Shown here one piece after another: positions 37,452 through 52,400 of a stretch of 64,000 bases of DNA. A program made the position numbers and the translations under genes. Below the pieces are notes generated by a model. That model was not told where the DNA came from and ran no database searches. It was given only the letters and a program-made list of their open reading frames with translations. Each line of letters starts with the position of its first letter. Positions within the stretch are counted from its first letter, which is position 1. This DNA is from Antedon mediterranea (lineage: Eukaryota; Animalia; Echinodermata): NCBI RefSeq assembly GCF_964355755.1, contig NC_092680.1, positions 18,609,045 to 18,673,044 of the forward strand, written 5' to 3'.

Positions 37452-40400
37452 TTATTTTGGGTGGGATTTTGAACTAGTTTTTGAAGGACCAGTCGTTTTT
37501 GAAGGACCAGTCGTTTTTGAAGGACCAGTCGTTTTTGAAGGACCAGTAGTTTTACCACCACGGGTGTATGTCGTTCTCTTATGGGTTGGCATAGTAACAG
37601 TACGGGTTTCCTCGGTAATGGTACGCACGGTGACTTCTCCGAGCGTTCCTCCGGTATACTGTTTAGTGTTGTAGTCGACTGTAGTGTGTCTCCCCGTGGT
37701 CTTTGCTTTGGTGGAAAATCCCTTATGAGTTCCATTTTTATCCTTGCTAGGTGGATTACCTGTCGAGAAATTGAATAAGAAAATTAGATTCAAATTCAAA
37801 TGTTTTCATTTGCAGGCTTTTTTTAAATTAGTAAATATGAATAATTACAAAAATCAACATAAACAAATCTTTTATTAGAAAAAAGCATATTTATAAGTTG
37901 AACTTATGCATGTTCTAAAAGGCAAAATAAATATGATAAATATAATATAAATATTATATATTAAAGTATCATATGATTTATTAATTCTTTATAAATTACA
38001 TACTTGCATAGAAGATGCTATTGTACCATAATGTATGCTATTTTGCACAGAAAAACTTGTGAATAAAATTGATTTAGTATTATATAAAATTATATAAAAT
38101 GTACAATACCGACTCTTTTTGACAATGCAATTTATCTTTAGGCTCTGTGTTTTTTTAAATTTTATCTTTATTTAAATATAACAATAATCATGTCTAGTCA
38201 ACCTATATTTTTTGTATATAAGCATTAGTTTCCACTATTAGGCACAAAAAACCTTAAGATTGTAATGTTATAGCCTATTTTATTGGGTTGGTTAGCAAAT
38301 TGTCTACCAGGACACCAAAAAAACCTACACCAACATATTACCTTTTGATCGCATTTATTTTGTATAATAAAAATAAATAAATAAAATCCATAAATATTAG
38401 TGCTTTATATTGGTAATGTACAGTAACCCATTGGTTTTTTAAAATATTGTTTTCAATGTAAAATGTGCTTATTTTGTTAATTTGAAATCTTTTGGTTCCA
38501 CCATAATCTCATCATTGTTAATGTTGCCACATTTATCAAATGTTTTTACTACATATATTTTCTATTGTTTTTGTTTATATTTATTTATATAAATTTTGAT
38601 TATAAATAATGATAATGATTGTTTATATTTATTTATAATAACGATCCATGCTTCATAACAAACAGACTATGATGATAACATGTAACTGATACATGTAAAT
38701 AATTATAAAGTTGTTTAAAACAATACAAAATTATAATTCATCCTGTTAGGAGCTCATTGTACTAAGCCTCGGCATTATGTGGTAGGGTGGCCAGTTCCTT
38801 TCAACACCGCCTCATTCTCCCTAGTATTTTAAACCAGGTACTCATTTACAACTGAGTGGACTGGGAGTTGTTGGGAATTGAACTTGGGTCTCTGTATGAC
38901 AGTCAAGTGTCCTAAGCACTCGGCTACCCAACTGATTACTATTAATTAGATGAATATATAAATTCATGCTCCATGACACACATACTCTGAAAACTTTGCT
39001 AAATGACAGCAAATATTATATGTTCTAACACATGTTGTTCAGTACATCAGTTCAGAAAAATAAAAATAATTTACATCAGCAACAAAACCAGACAAATGCA
39101 GTTTTATATAAACTAAACTAAATGAAATGTTAATAAAAACAAAACTGGTAATTTAAAAGCCTTTTCCACAATTAATTTCTATTGAAATTATCCTATTATA
39201 TACGATATTAGTTAAACCTGCAAATTAAAATATGATGTTTAAAGTAGAATACATATAACATGTTAGTAACTATATTTCATGCACAAGACAAGAGTTAGTT
39301 TCATGCAGCAACATAAACTTCACTTTTTTCTTCCCCTACGATGGTTTCTTAAACAAAACCTATCACCAGGAGCTTGGAAAATGGGTGTGATCAATTTAGT
39401 TTTCCTAATTTAAGATTTAACAAACCCCCCCCACCCCCAAAAAAAAGACATATCTGATTAACATTACGAATATTACTATTATTATTATTATTATCAAATG
39501 TCCCCTTAATAGGGGTTGGCTGTAGTGTTGGACATATATTGCCACTTGTTTGTTTCACAGGAAATTGTCTCCTTAATAGGGGTTTTCCCTGCATAGGAGT
39601 GTTCTAATATGATTTTTAAATTTTGAATACAATTTGGAATGAAAATGTATAATTCTATAAGCTGATGGCCAGTAAACTATATATCTTTAGTACACAAAGA
39701 ACAATAATTATGTTTAATGTGTTTGGTTTGGACAAAATTGATCAGACCCAGTGAAGTATATGTGACACACAAGAGTATTACATGCATTGTTCACTTCACC
39801 CTTTAACGTTTGGAACCATAACGCTTTTGAAATTCATCTTGTACTGGTGAAAGAAGATCTAAAAAGAGGGAGTAAGTAAAACACATATAAACACAGGTCA
39901 TAGGTCATTCTTGTGAACTTCGGAAATAATCAGGCTCATCTGCTTCTGATGCTAGGAAACAATAGCGAAACAACATGTAATTTACATTTTAGTATGCACA
40001 TAAGAAGATATAGAAATATTTGGGTATAACTCACAGAAATTAAAATATAAATTTTAAAATGAACTGAACGAAGAATTAAAAGACAAAAATAAACAGATGA
40101 AATGAAAATTTTTCAAAAGTAAAAGAAACCAATAAATGTATTTAGGAAAAACAACAAAAACACATACAATTAATTAAAAAAAAATAAGATTTTTAGTATA
40201 ATTTATCAATAATACTGTAATACAAATTTACAATGCAATCCCACCAATCAGTTCAACCAATAATTTATTGATCAATACCAATCAAATGATCAAACCCACC
40301 ATCTTTTATCAAAATAATTTGAAAGGTTATTAAAATACTCATGTGTTAATCATTACTTACGAAATACTCGTTTGAAAATTGGTATTGTACGTTTTTTTCT

Positions 40401-43400
40401 AAAATCTTTGCAATAAAAGACACAAACATACAAATTTGCATAAATGTGTACAATATTAAAACAGCCAAATTGAATGATTTCATTTTAAGGAAGGAAGGAT
40501 CAATTTCAATTGTTGATGATTTAGAAAGCATGCATTTTTCATTTAAACTATCTTGACCATCAAGTTCACACTGGGAAACTCCCATTGACTGAAGCTACTA
40601 CAATAAAGAAAGTGAAGACTTCTACAGTCTACCCATCAATATATATTTAGTTGTATTTGACCTTGTATATTCCTATGGTTTCCACCACTTAAGATTGGAT
40701 CATTTTCAAAAAAAGTTTCATGAGTAGTCTATGTATGGCAAGAAGGCCAGTAGACTACAGTGAATTAACTAAAGTGAGGCATAGATCATAGAATTGAGAA
40801 TATCTCACCCAAAATTTTTGGGACTGGGATTTTATAAGGTCAAATACAGTAGGGAATGCTTGATTTGCGACGACGGAGAATTTGTTATGTCACATTGTGT
40901 GCGCATTCATGGACTCTTTCTTACTCAGTTTTGGTGGATTCTAAATCCAGACTACAACATTCATTACAAATCGAAAGCTTCCTAGTAAAAAGAATTTTAG
41001 AAAATACATCCTACCATTACATACATTAATCGACAAAATATACATGAACATATACATTATCATATTGTTTTAAAATTCTCACCTGGAGTAGCCTCTCTGG
41101 TGGTTGTTTTTCTTGTCATTGTTGTGCCATTTGTACGACTCGTTGTTGTTCTTGTAATGCCTCCGTCGGGGCTCTCAGTCACTTTGGTTCTGGTACGGGT
41201 GGTCCTAGGTGTCTCCTGCCATGGCCGGGAAATATTCTTTTTCTCTCTTATCTAGAAAATTCATATTCAATTTATTTATTTTAATAGCATTCTTAATTAA
41301 AGTAAAAAAGTTGCATTGTCAAATAAATACATAATTTGTTTTTCTACATTTTTGTAGTTGATGGAATTACATTTTTTATGCTACTATATCTTAAAATATT
41401 GCGTCTTCATAACAGAATGATAGACTAACCTTAATAAGGGGCCCTTGCAGGCTGGCACTACCCGTACTGCTTTCAGACGGCGACCGTGACCTCATGCTCC
41501 GCTTCTGAAATGGCGTCATTGACTGGCTAACTCCAGCTGCTAGGATAAATCTCTCCCTTAGTTCAACATTGGTGCGACCTTTAGCTGTAATATAATTAAA
41601 GCAATCATATTATTCAATTGTATACAATCATGCATAATTTTACCATACTAAAATGCTTACATTTTTTTTTCAACATAAAATGCAATTAAAGTGATAAGGT
41701 TGAATAACACAACTCGTTTCAAAACAGTCAAATTTTATTGATTGTACAATAATGCATTTAAAATTATTGCCAGAAAAATAAAAATCTTACCCCTGCACGG
41801 ATCATTCTTAACCAAGAACTCGTCAAGGGCACTCCATCCGCCCCCTACACGTACCATGACTGTACTGCGAAGAATGCGTACTAGACGCATCTGCTGAGAG
41901 GAGCCAAACTGTAGAGAAATAAACAGATATATTTGTAAATATAATCAGTAAAAAAGATATTTAAATATTCAATATTTTTTTCAACAGCATAGATAACCAG
42001 ACAGATGAGAAATAATCAAAGTACCCCTTGTTATTAGAGTATTTTTCAATGTAGACATTTTATAAACAGATTAAAATAAGTTGACATACCCTGTACTTGC
42101 TCTCACCAATTCGTTGAACTTTGAATTGCTTGGAGCATGTACACATGGACACTTGTCGTTTGACCTATAAAAACAAAACAATATTCCACTGTTAATACCA
42201 ATTTTGTCATAAAACAACTGTAAATTACTAAAATTAAGGTACATAAAATTGACGAATGATTGGGTACGCTTGGGCTGTTTAAAGTTCTATCTACACTATA
42301 ACATTTTATGTGACAAAAAATGTGCCAATATATGGACATGGTGATTTCATATCACTACTATATTTGGGCACATAACACTTTTTTTATGAAACTACTTTGA
42401 TAGTCAGAGCTTTAAAGTTTAGAAGAGAATGGCAATGTGTAATGAGCAAGATTTTGATTAATATGTTACCTCATCTTCAATCTTCTCTCCATCTGATTGT
42501 GGCTTGGCAGTTTCTCTATGGGGCCATAGAGCACGGATAAATTCTTTGTATTCGATAAAGCCGTCACCATTTTGGTCAAAGATATCAGCAACTGCGTTCA
42601 TTTCAAGTTGGTTTGTTGCAAATTCTGTCAAATATAAAACAATTTGAATTAATAAACAGTTGATTAAATTATTTTGTGGTATTTAAAAGTGATCAATCCG
42701 TTTTAATACTTTAAACATTGCAACAGAATGAATCAGTCACTATATTCTTTTTGCATTAAACATCTTTCTTTTATAAATGGTCCAAATGGATATCTTAAGA
42801 ATCCACTGGCGGACCAAATAGTCTGTTTTTAACCAGGTGATTAAATCGTATCTTAATTGTATATGTGACACAATGTCACAGTCAAAGGTGACGGGTTGTT
42901 AAAGCTAAACGAAAAGGGTAATTTGCATAGAACTATTCAGGTGTATTACCGTATATAAGAATGGCTGAGGAATGATGAGGAATCACATCAACCTTATAGA
43001 GAAGGGAGGTGTCACACCTCAGCAATAATACAGATTGACCATTGTAATACTATGTACTTGTAATACTATATACTTGTAAAATTAACGGTAATGTATAGGC
43101 TACAATGTAATTCTGTGCTAATGTAGATAACAATGTAACAATTAAACGTTAACGTTTGTTTGTAGTGCTGCCCGGTTGGGCTGAAGTTGGTACCAATACG
43201 TAACTGTCTGACCACCATTTTAAGTCAACCAAGCCGAGTATACACATGAATGTTTATGTATGATTGGATTGTAATTGGTATTGAACAAGTCCACCAAGAA
43301 GTGACCGGCGGACAAAGAAATAAAGACATTCAGTTGCTAATATTATATATCTGTATACTTTTAATTGAGTTCTTCAGTAGCCATATAATTAACTTCAATC

Positions 43401-46400
43401 TAAGCATGACAATTATGGGGGCTCGTCCGGGATATAAAAAGAGAAAAGGGAACAACATTTGTGTCTTATGGCTTTTAAAAGTGTGGATCCACACTGGTAC
43501 TCACTTGAGCCAATAATGCCGTCGATGAATTGTTGTCGAGAGAGTTTACCATCACGATCTGTATCAAGTTTACGGAAGAAGTCCATAACGCGGGCCTTCT
43601 TGTGGTTCATCCACTTCACATATCTATCACGCCATGTGTCAAAGTTGAAGTCTTTTAGTTTTTTCAACTAAAAATAAATAAATAACAGTTAAAAATCTTG
43701 TGTATTATGAAAATAAAAAGGGGACATTTAAGCTTGTTATAAGAATTGTATTTGCTAATTTTAAAATAGATGGTAGAATATGTTTTAATAATTATTTACC
43801 TCGGCCTGTCGATCAAGTGCATCTTGTAATCGTCTTCTACGATCCATCGCCATTAGCCAGACTTGCTTCCACTTGTTGAACAGGAGAGAGACTCTAGGAT
43901 TGTTTGCTGCATCAGGTCCCGGACTGGGATCCCTGCTGCGAGGTTTACCGCCCTTAACACGGCGCCCTCTATCAAGCATTGGGATTCCACTAGGACTGTT
44001 ATCAACCGATAAACGTCGTTTGTGAGGTTTAGTGACCTTGTCAACTTCTGATTGTTTGCTGGCCATATCATCTTCAAAAGTCTGCAACAAAAACAAATAA
44101 CAGTAATTTAATTTCACATTATTGTTTTAAGTTTATAATTTAATAGGTAGAATTTAGTTTCCAAAAAACCAACCATATACCATGTCATGAAGATGGGAAA
44201 CGATTGACCAACAGGGATCTTGTGGGTAGGCTTCTCCTTCACCAAGTGGATAGAACGTGGATACAGACAACACTGTGGCTTGGGGTTTGACAGGCATGTG
44301 TCTCAAGAACAGAGCCATCATAACATTTTGGTGAATAAAACAACAACAATAAATACTTCACTCACTTGATGTTGTTCCAGAAGGTTTTGAATAACCTCAA
44401 TGTCATCTGGTATGGCGACGGCATCCTTTTCTTGCAAGTTGTTTTCTGCTTTCTCAAGCCATTCTAAGAGTGCCTCCACCAGTTCTGCATTGTTTTTCAT
44501 GGCATCTAGTGCAGTGGTGAGGCGTTCACCACGCTGAGTTGACCAATTATTTACCTAAAAGAACATAATAATGAGAGTGTATTATTTGTCGGAATAAAAG
44601 TGTTTGCACACAAAACGAAATTGCATGGAATAGAAAATATTGGAGGAATGTCATCAAAGGAACTTTAATGGAGCAACTGAAATATACATTTTGCAAAGAC
44701 TTCTCAGCGGAAAACATCAAGTCATGCCAGACTGGAGATATATAGCATAGTAAACAAAAGATTTCCTAAATACTTGAAAATCTGTAACAAAAGTCATTAG
44801 CTTATCAAAATGTATGTGTATATTCACAAACCTCTTCCCATCTAGCCTGTATTACTGTGATCCAATGCTTAATCACAGTGACAGCATCTGGATGACACTT
44901 GGCTAGGATGTCAACGCCCATTTGGGTTGTTTTGTTTAGTTCACTTTCTTGAGCTTGGAACTTGCGTTTGAAATCCTGCAATGGTGAAAAAAGTTTAAAA
45001 GGAGAATGAGTCATTAACTATGACTAGTAAAGGCAAAAACATACATAATTATTTTTAATATAAAACCAACAAAACACCTTGGGCAATCTTTCCTAGTGGT
45101 ATATAAAAATAAACAAAACCAGATTAATTACTTTATGATCTTCTAATTGTTCTTGCAAGACTTCAATGTTTTCACTCATTGGTCCGTGGAACCGCAAGCT
45201 TTGCTCAGCGTCAGCAAGCCACTCTAATAAGTGATGTACTGCTTCGTGGAATGCTTCCGCCTGTAAAAAATAAATTTTATGTAAATCAGTAATTATGAAC
45301 TTGCATAAATAACTAAAATGTCTGTCAACTTAAAGATACTGATAAATCATGTAGCCTGTAGTAAATTCTCCCAATACCGGATTCACTGAAAACCAGACAT
45401 TTCTTCCAGTTGTCCAAAAGATCCCAAATTCGTTTTTGTGAATCGTTTTGAGTGAATCTGTCTCCCTTTCATCCAAGTGTTTGTGACAATTGTGTAAATT
45501 GTTAACCATACTAGTGTGGTTGTTTTGGCTTTTATATATTGTTTGAAATACTGTTTCTCACTGAAAGTAAACCAGTAATAATGCTGTACTACCTCTTTCA
45601 TAGCTCGTTCGAGTCGCTCCTGCTTTTGTCCACTAAGCTGACAGACGTTTTCCCACTTGGTGGTCAGTTCTTGCAGCTTGGCCTTCAAGTGCGATGTGTC
45701 TTCACTGGCCGATTCCATCAACTCCTTTGCAGACTTATGCACAGATTTCACACTGGTTTTGTGACTTGATAAATCTCGTTGGAATTGCTAAAAAACAACA
45801 GTAATATATGATTAATTTTGATATTGAATAGATTGTAACCGCCGTTTTGACCACAGTTTCAACAACTGCATGCAATATGCTGCCCAAATGTTAGAAGAAT
45901 TAGATTTGGGGGTGGGGAGTGAATTGGTAAAAGACAAAAATTTTCAAAAAACCTCTTGGACAGACGTGAGTTGCAATGGATGACAAGAGCGGCAATGGAT
46001 GACAAGAGCCTCAATGAGCAGGTTCAATAGACACAAAACACTTGCAATGCAGAATAGTGATTTTAATTTTTTTTAAACTCACTTTATGAGCTTCCATAAG
46101 ATTGATAACTGTATCAATGTCACCATGTACTGGATTGTCATCCGAGAGTGTTGGTTCTACAAGGTACACCCAGTCCAGCAATGCTTGCAAAGCATCCTTG
46201 AACTGGCCGCTGAACAACAAAGCTTCCTCTAACTTGCGTTGCCTTAATTAAAAGAAAATGAAAAACCAATAAAAGTTAAATCTAGTCTGAAAAGTGTTAA
46301 TGTAGGAGCAGGCTGACGATTATTTTGTTGGTACTCACAAGTGTGCAAATGAATAATTTGCCAATGTATAATTTCTGTTTTATTCTTAAAGTAAACTTAC

Positions 46401-49400
46401 CTATCAACTGACTTAGCACATACAACTTCCCATTTGTCTTTCAATTCAGAAAGTTTGCCACCGATGACCTTCATGTCGTTAGGATTGCTCTTCTCCCGAA
46501 GTGCTCGTCCGTTACGTACAATCGTGTCATAGTTTGGTTGCTTTGCTCCGAGCGATCGTTGGAACTCCTTATGTTTTCTCAGTTGAGCCTTGAGAGTAGC
46601 TGGATCAGAGCCTATCATACGGTCATAGGTCAGTTTATTGTCTGCATCACTTAACCACTCGTACATCTTGCTGTATTGCTCATCAAACTGCTTTGCTCTC
46701 TTGTTGCCTGCTTCTAGTTGTCGGCTGCGTTCATTGCTGCGGTTCTGAACCTTCTCCCATCGGTTTTGAACACTAATTAGGAGGTTCTTGATAAGTATTA
46801 CGTCCTGTTTCTGACTGAAGTATTTCAGTTGAGTGCCGGTTCGATCAAGATCCAAAACGGTTTGCTTCTTACCGATTAGATCTTTCATAAACTCCTGTAA
46901 AATTGAAACAATGTTTTCATAAATATGAATACAAAACAGTTTATCAAAGTTTTTACATTAAAGATAAAATAAATGAATCTCAAGAAACCACAGAGATTTC
47001 TAAAGTCAATAAATACATGTCATTTCCAACCACACACTTTTTAACCCAAGTTATCTTCTAATATAAACTGTGCATACCTTATGTTGTTGTATCTGTTGTT
47101 GAATTGTTTCTAGTACTGTGCTTGGTGGTTTGCAGCTGTTCAGGTATTTTTCAGCTGTTGTTAACCAGCTGATAAAGGCCTGTAACGCATCATGGAACTG
47201 TTGAGCCTGAGCTAATGCTTCCTCAAGCTTTTTCTGAAATAGTATAAATGACAATAATGTATTTTTATTAGGTGTGATAAAGGAATTCTACTAATTATGC
47301 CGACCATTTGCCGACTATCAATATGCAAACAAGTCTGTAGCCAGGATTGATACGGGAGGTTACAGGCAAACACTGTCATCACTTCAACTGAGTCTTTAGA
47401 TTGTGAAAGGTGAGATGTGGTCATTCAAACCGTTGAACCTCCCACTAACTAGGTGCTTAGAAATGTATCTGATTATACATTCTTTTTTAAAAACTGTGCA
47501 CATATACATATAGATATGAATACACAACTACATATTTTACCTTCCTCTCATCTGCTTTGTTTCTTGATGCTTCCCATCTGGTCTTGAGTTCATTTATCAG
47601 TTGACCTATACTGCCATCCCCTTCTGGTGTTAATTTCTTGGTTGATTCCATTAGACGATTGTAGTGTGGGATTTCACGGTCGAAATGTCGCATAAGTTCC
47701 TAAATAAGATGGAAAACATAAATTACAATATGTAGTAGGCCTATAATAGGTTTTAAAGGTTATATACAGTAATCTGAATATATTAATCATTGTTATTCTA
47801 ATGTTATTCATATTGTTCTCACATTATGTTTATCAAGTTGTTCCTTAGCTGTTTCTGGAAGACCTCCTACAGGTTGTGTTGCTGACAGTTGACCATCAAT
47901 GTCATGAAGCCAGTGTAGCAGGCGACGAGCTTCATCTTGTAGCGTCTTGGACTGTGGATTCAAAATATTAGTATACATTATTTTCTGACGAGTCTTTCCA
48001 CAGCGTTTACTATGACAAACAAGGTTTATCCATGAATGAGATTTGTGCGTGTGGATAGGCTAAATATTTATTTTTCATACTGTAGTTCTATTGGTGCAAA
48101 TGACCTTACCTCTCCAAGTGCATCCTCAAGTTCTTTCTGTCGTTGGTTACCCTTAGCAACTAGATTTTCCCACTCTTTGTTCAGACTATCAAGTTTTGTA
48201 CTGATTACATTTGCCAACTGTGTGTTGTCAGTGTTAGCTACAAAGTTTTTAACTGCCTGGTTGATGGAGGCCAGACTTGGCTCATGAGCTAAGATGTCAT
48301 TTTGAAGAATCTATTAAAATAATTTGAAAAATGATGTAATTATTTGTATAGTGTAGATTATACTTGTATAACTATAACTACTACAAACAAATACTATTTG
48401 TATAATGCTTCTTTTTTTGTATTTAAACATTATTTTTATAAGCTTATTAAAGATTTTTTTTTTACTGCAGCTTGCCTGTCATTTTGTTCATACTACTTTT
48501 AAATTAAACAATTGAAGCAGCTACATAAATATGCTATACATGCTATATATAATATAAATATAAATGGTACAGTAGGACAGAGTACTATTGTACTATACTA
48601 TCTAAGCTATTTTCTTTACCTTGTGTTTAGCAAGCTCAATTTCTGCAACTTTGGGGTCTGATGTGTTTGGTGCTTCTTCATCTATTGCCTTATTGGTGTG
48701 ATCAAGCCAGTTCTTTAACTCATCAAGGGAACTGTCTAGTTGACCAAGGGCTAACAAACCTGCTTGCAATTGGTGCTAAATATAATAAAAACACATATTT
48801 TAATTGCACATCAAGTCAATGCAAGTCAATATTTTGCAGTAAACCAAACTGTACCTTAGGTTTCAAATTTATGTAAGAAACATTAGATAATAAAAATGTT
48901 ATGAAGATTCAAGAAACAAGGAAGGAAAGATAGTAAAAGACCACCAGGACATGTAGTGTTTATAGAATCAATCAACCTCAAAACATTATACAACAGTATA
49001 CACACGATCAGTGCACTGAAGTCACAAAGTGTTATGCAACCTAAAACAACATACCACTGTGCTCCTCTTACCTGTCTTTGGAATATTGCCTGGTTAAGAT
49101 CCTTCCAATGTTTGTCAACATCATTTAGTGGACCTTTCACAAGATCTGCGTTCTCTTCAGTGGATTTTGCCATAAGCTTGTTGCATTGTTGGTGCAACTT
49201 TTCCAGGTCAACAGATCTCTTGTCTACTTCCTCTTTGAAATCCTAAAAATTTCAAGATAAAAGGCCCCAATAAATTAAGTAATTTATGTTTTTATTGTTA
49301 TACAAACTATTATTTCTAACATTAAAGAATGTTAATGTAAATCTTTATAATTACCATCTCTACAAAACAAATTTTCCTACCAAATAAAAATGGCAACAAA

Positions 49401-52400
49401 CTTAAAATTCTTTCATCAACACATTGACTAAACAAATTCACTATTATTTACTACCTTGATAAACATTGACATCTTAACTTCCAAGTTAACCTTCAAAATA
49501 AAAGTCGGACAGCATAAGATTTGAAATGTTTAAACTATTTTACCTTTATCTCATCTAACTGTTGCCTAACAGTTTCTGGATTGGCTCCAACTGGTTCCAT
49601 TGCTGCCAACTTATCGTCTGCTTTGTTTAGGAACGCCATCATCTTGACTAAATCTTCTTCAAATTGTGTTGCAAGATTCAGCGCCAAAACAAGAGCATCT
49701 TCCCGATCTTCATAAGCAGAGTTGAGAGCGTCCCAGCTATTGTTAAGTTCATCAATGTTCTTCTGGACTTCAGGTTTGTCTGCATCTCCGCAGAGTTTCA
49801 TCAGATCAGCAGCAAAGTGACGACATGTTTCAATATCATGAGCCACACTGTCTATTTCTTCCTTGATTGCCTAAAATATGTGAAACATATTATATTATTG
49901 GTTTTATCCACAACTTCCTCACTATTTACACAATAAATTTCTACTTCTACAACAATTTCTACAACATCTTGTATTATACCCAAACTTCCCATTAATATAA
50001 AAATACCAATGTCAAGCAGTCTAAACACTGTCCTTCATCATTTGACATTCTTCTTATTTTTCTTATTCTATGGTCATAACATAAAGGTGATGGGTGAATA
50101 TAGAAGTAAATAACATGAAGTGTGACTATACCTGATGAACATCCTGTTGTTCTTTGATGGCATTTACTTCTACCGCTGGTAATTCCTGGGCTTTGATAGT
50201 TTCATGAAGCTCTTTCACAGTGTTCTGAACTCCATGTAATTCATCCCAGAAGGAATCAGCAGCCAAGAGAGTCTCTTGCAATGCACCAGAACGTTTGTTA
50301 GCATTGCTAACAATGGACTCCCAACGGTTCCCAAGAAGGTTGATCTTTTCTTGCAGTTCTGTTGGTGAAAGAAGAAACAATTCCAAAGTGTACTGTTTTG
50401 AAAGATTTAGTTATCATCTGGTTTAGGTAATTATGTTTGCGTCTGATATTCCTGTATTTATTTCCATGTTATTGTGACTTCATTTGCAAATTATTCTACA
50501 AACCTTTGCATGCTGGATCATCTGGTTCTGAACTCTTAATCATTTCAGTGCCAGCTTTCTTCATTGATTCCACCATGTCCATCTGGTTGTCAACTTCATT
50601 CTGTAAGGCTTGTAACTTCTTTATCTGCTTCCTTATGATGGGTGGATCTGCTGAAACACCTTCAGGGCGGCCTAGCTTCTCGGACATTATACCAAGCTGC
50701 TCTAGAGCTGTGTCAAGATCTTCCACGAACTACAAATTTAAGAAGGTTTAAATTATTCACAATATTTTTTATGTTGATGTTGACGAGTTGTTTTAAGGAG
50801 AGTTTAAATTTATGTACATTCAATTTATATATTCTTACTGAGCTTGTTCTTTGAAGGAGGTCAAACAGTTGGCTTCCTTTTTTGTTCACTTCTTCCTTGA
50901 CTTTCTCATATCGTTTGTTGTCGTCCTCCACCTTAGCCTCGATGCCTTTGGCACCAGAGCCTGGGCTGAGAGCACACAGCTGAGGAGCGATTCGGTTTAA
51001 CTTGTTGATATGCTGTTGTTTTTCTGCTACCATTTGTTGCATTAACTGAAGAAAAACAAGGTATAAAGAATAAGTTTTAAACATGGTTTGTGATCAATAT
51101 TCAATCAATATCAGTATTCAAATTGTATCATTGTCTAGTCCTGTACTGACTACATATCATATATATCCAAGAATCTCTTTTAAATCTTACCCTATTGTTG
51201 TTGACTTCCTTTTTGATCTCCTCCGCATCCAGACCAGGTGGTCTGAGATTTCTAAGCTCTGCCTCGATGTCGTTCAACCACTGTGCAATCTCCTCATGGG
51301 ATTCCACAAACTGCAATGTCAAGGGCAAGGCTTCTTCCAGTTCTTCTACTCTCTTGCTGCTCTTGTTTGAAATGTCTTTGTATGTTCTATCGAGTTCATC
51401 AATGTGCTTCTGAAGTTTGGCCTTCTGTCTGGCATCAGCAGTTTGCTCTAGGAGCTTCTCGCCAGCTCCGATAGTGTCCTGGACTCTACTTTCTTTAGCG
51501 TGGATGTCTCGATCAAGGGCCTTAAAATTGAGGAATAAATTTAAGGATATATTTAACTTTAGCAAGTCATGTGAACAGATTTTTTATAAATAACTTGTAG
51601 ATTTTTGGATGCAAATCCACCAATCAAATTGACATTATATAGCCGATAGGATCTATTTTGTTGTAAAAACAATACATGAAAAGAAAAAGTTTTGAGTCAG
51701 TACTACATACCTTAGCCTTCTTAAGCTGGTCACGTATACCGTCAGGGTCGACGCTGATAGGCTCTTTACAGGCTGTGTTAAGCTTTTTCTCAATCTCTTG
51801 AAGCCAAGCCAAGAGGTTGTCCATGCTTCCCTCAACCTTACGAATAAATGATACAATTAAAACTCATCTACTGTATTACAATATTTTTGAAGATTTGATG
51901 GTAAAGTCAAGCACAAAACATCTTAACACAGAAGCTAAGCAGTAGCTTTTGAGTTTCTTTACCATCACCAACATTCAAATGTATACATTACCTTCTACAT
52001 ATATACAATATTATCAATAGTAGATACCTATTCAAAATGGACAACTGTTATGTTATTTAACAAATTTAAAAAACATAAGATTTAAAAGAAATTTTTCTAT
52101 AATGATATATGATTGATGGTGTAAAACAATGAATAAAAGTTGTAAGATTAATTCCTGTTTTAATTGTTACAACACTGGTGAATATTAGCCCAACCTTTAA
52201 GTTCATTGCCTTGGTTATGAACATGTACTCAAAAATTGTAAAGCTTTTACCTTCTGAGCTCCTTCCAACATGGCACTCAGTTTATACTCCACATCCTTCA
52301 CCTGACTAGAAACCTTACTAAAACGGTCATTAGCAGTGGCCATCTCTTCTCGGATATTAGCTGACCCTTGACCTGGACTGATGTCCATTAATTTGGTACT

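Noticed and set aside
37403-37735. Alternative-frame ORF with LVLQKR repeats as the spectraplakin C-terminus
   Set aside because: The phase-1 donor at 41083 joined to acceptor 37759 selects the GNPPSK..KTTGPS frame.
40790-40985. Possible THAP or transposase fragment (AFPTVFD on the minus strand)
   Set aside because: Stops in all frames and no C2CH zinc ligands. More likely intron or alternative 3' UTR.
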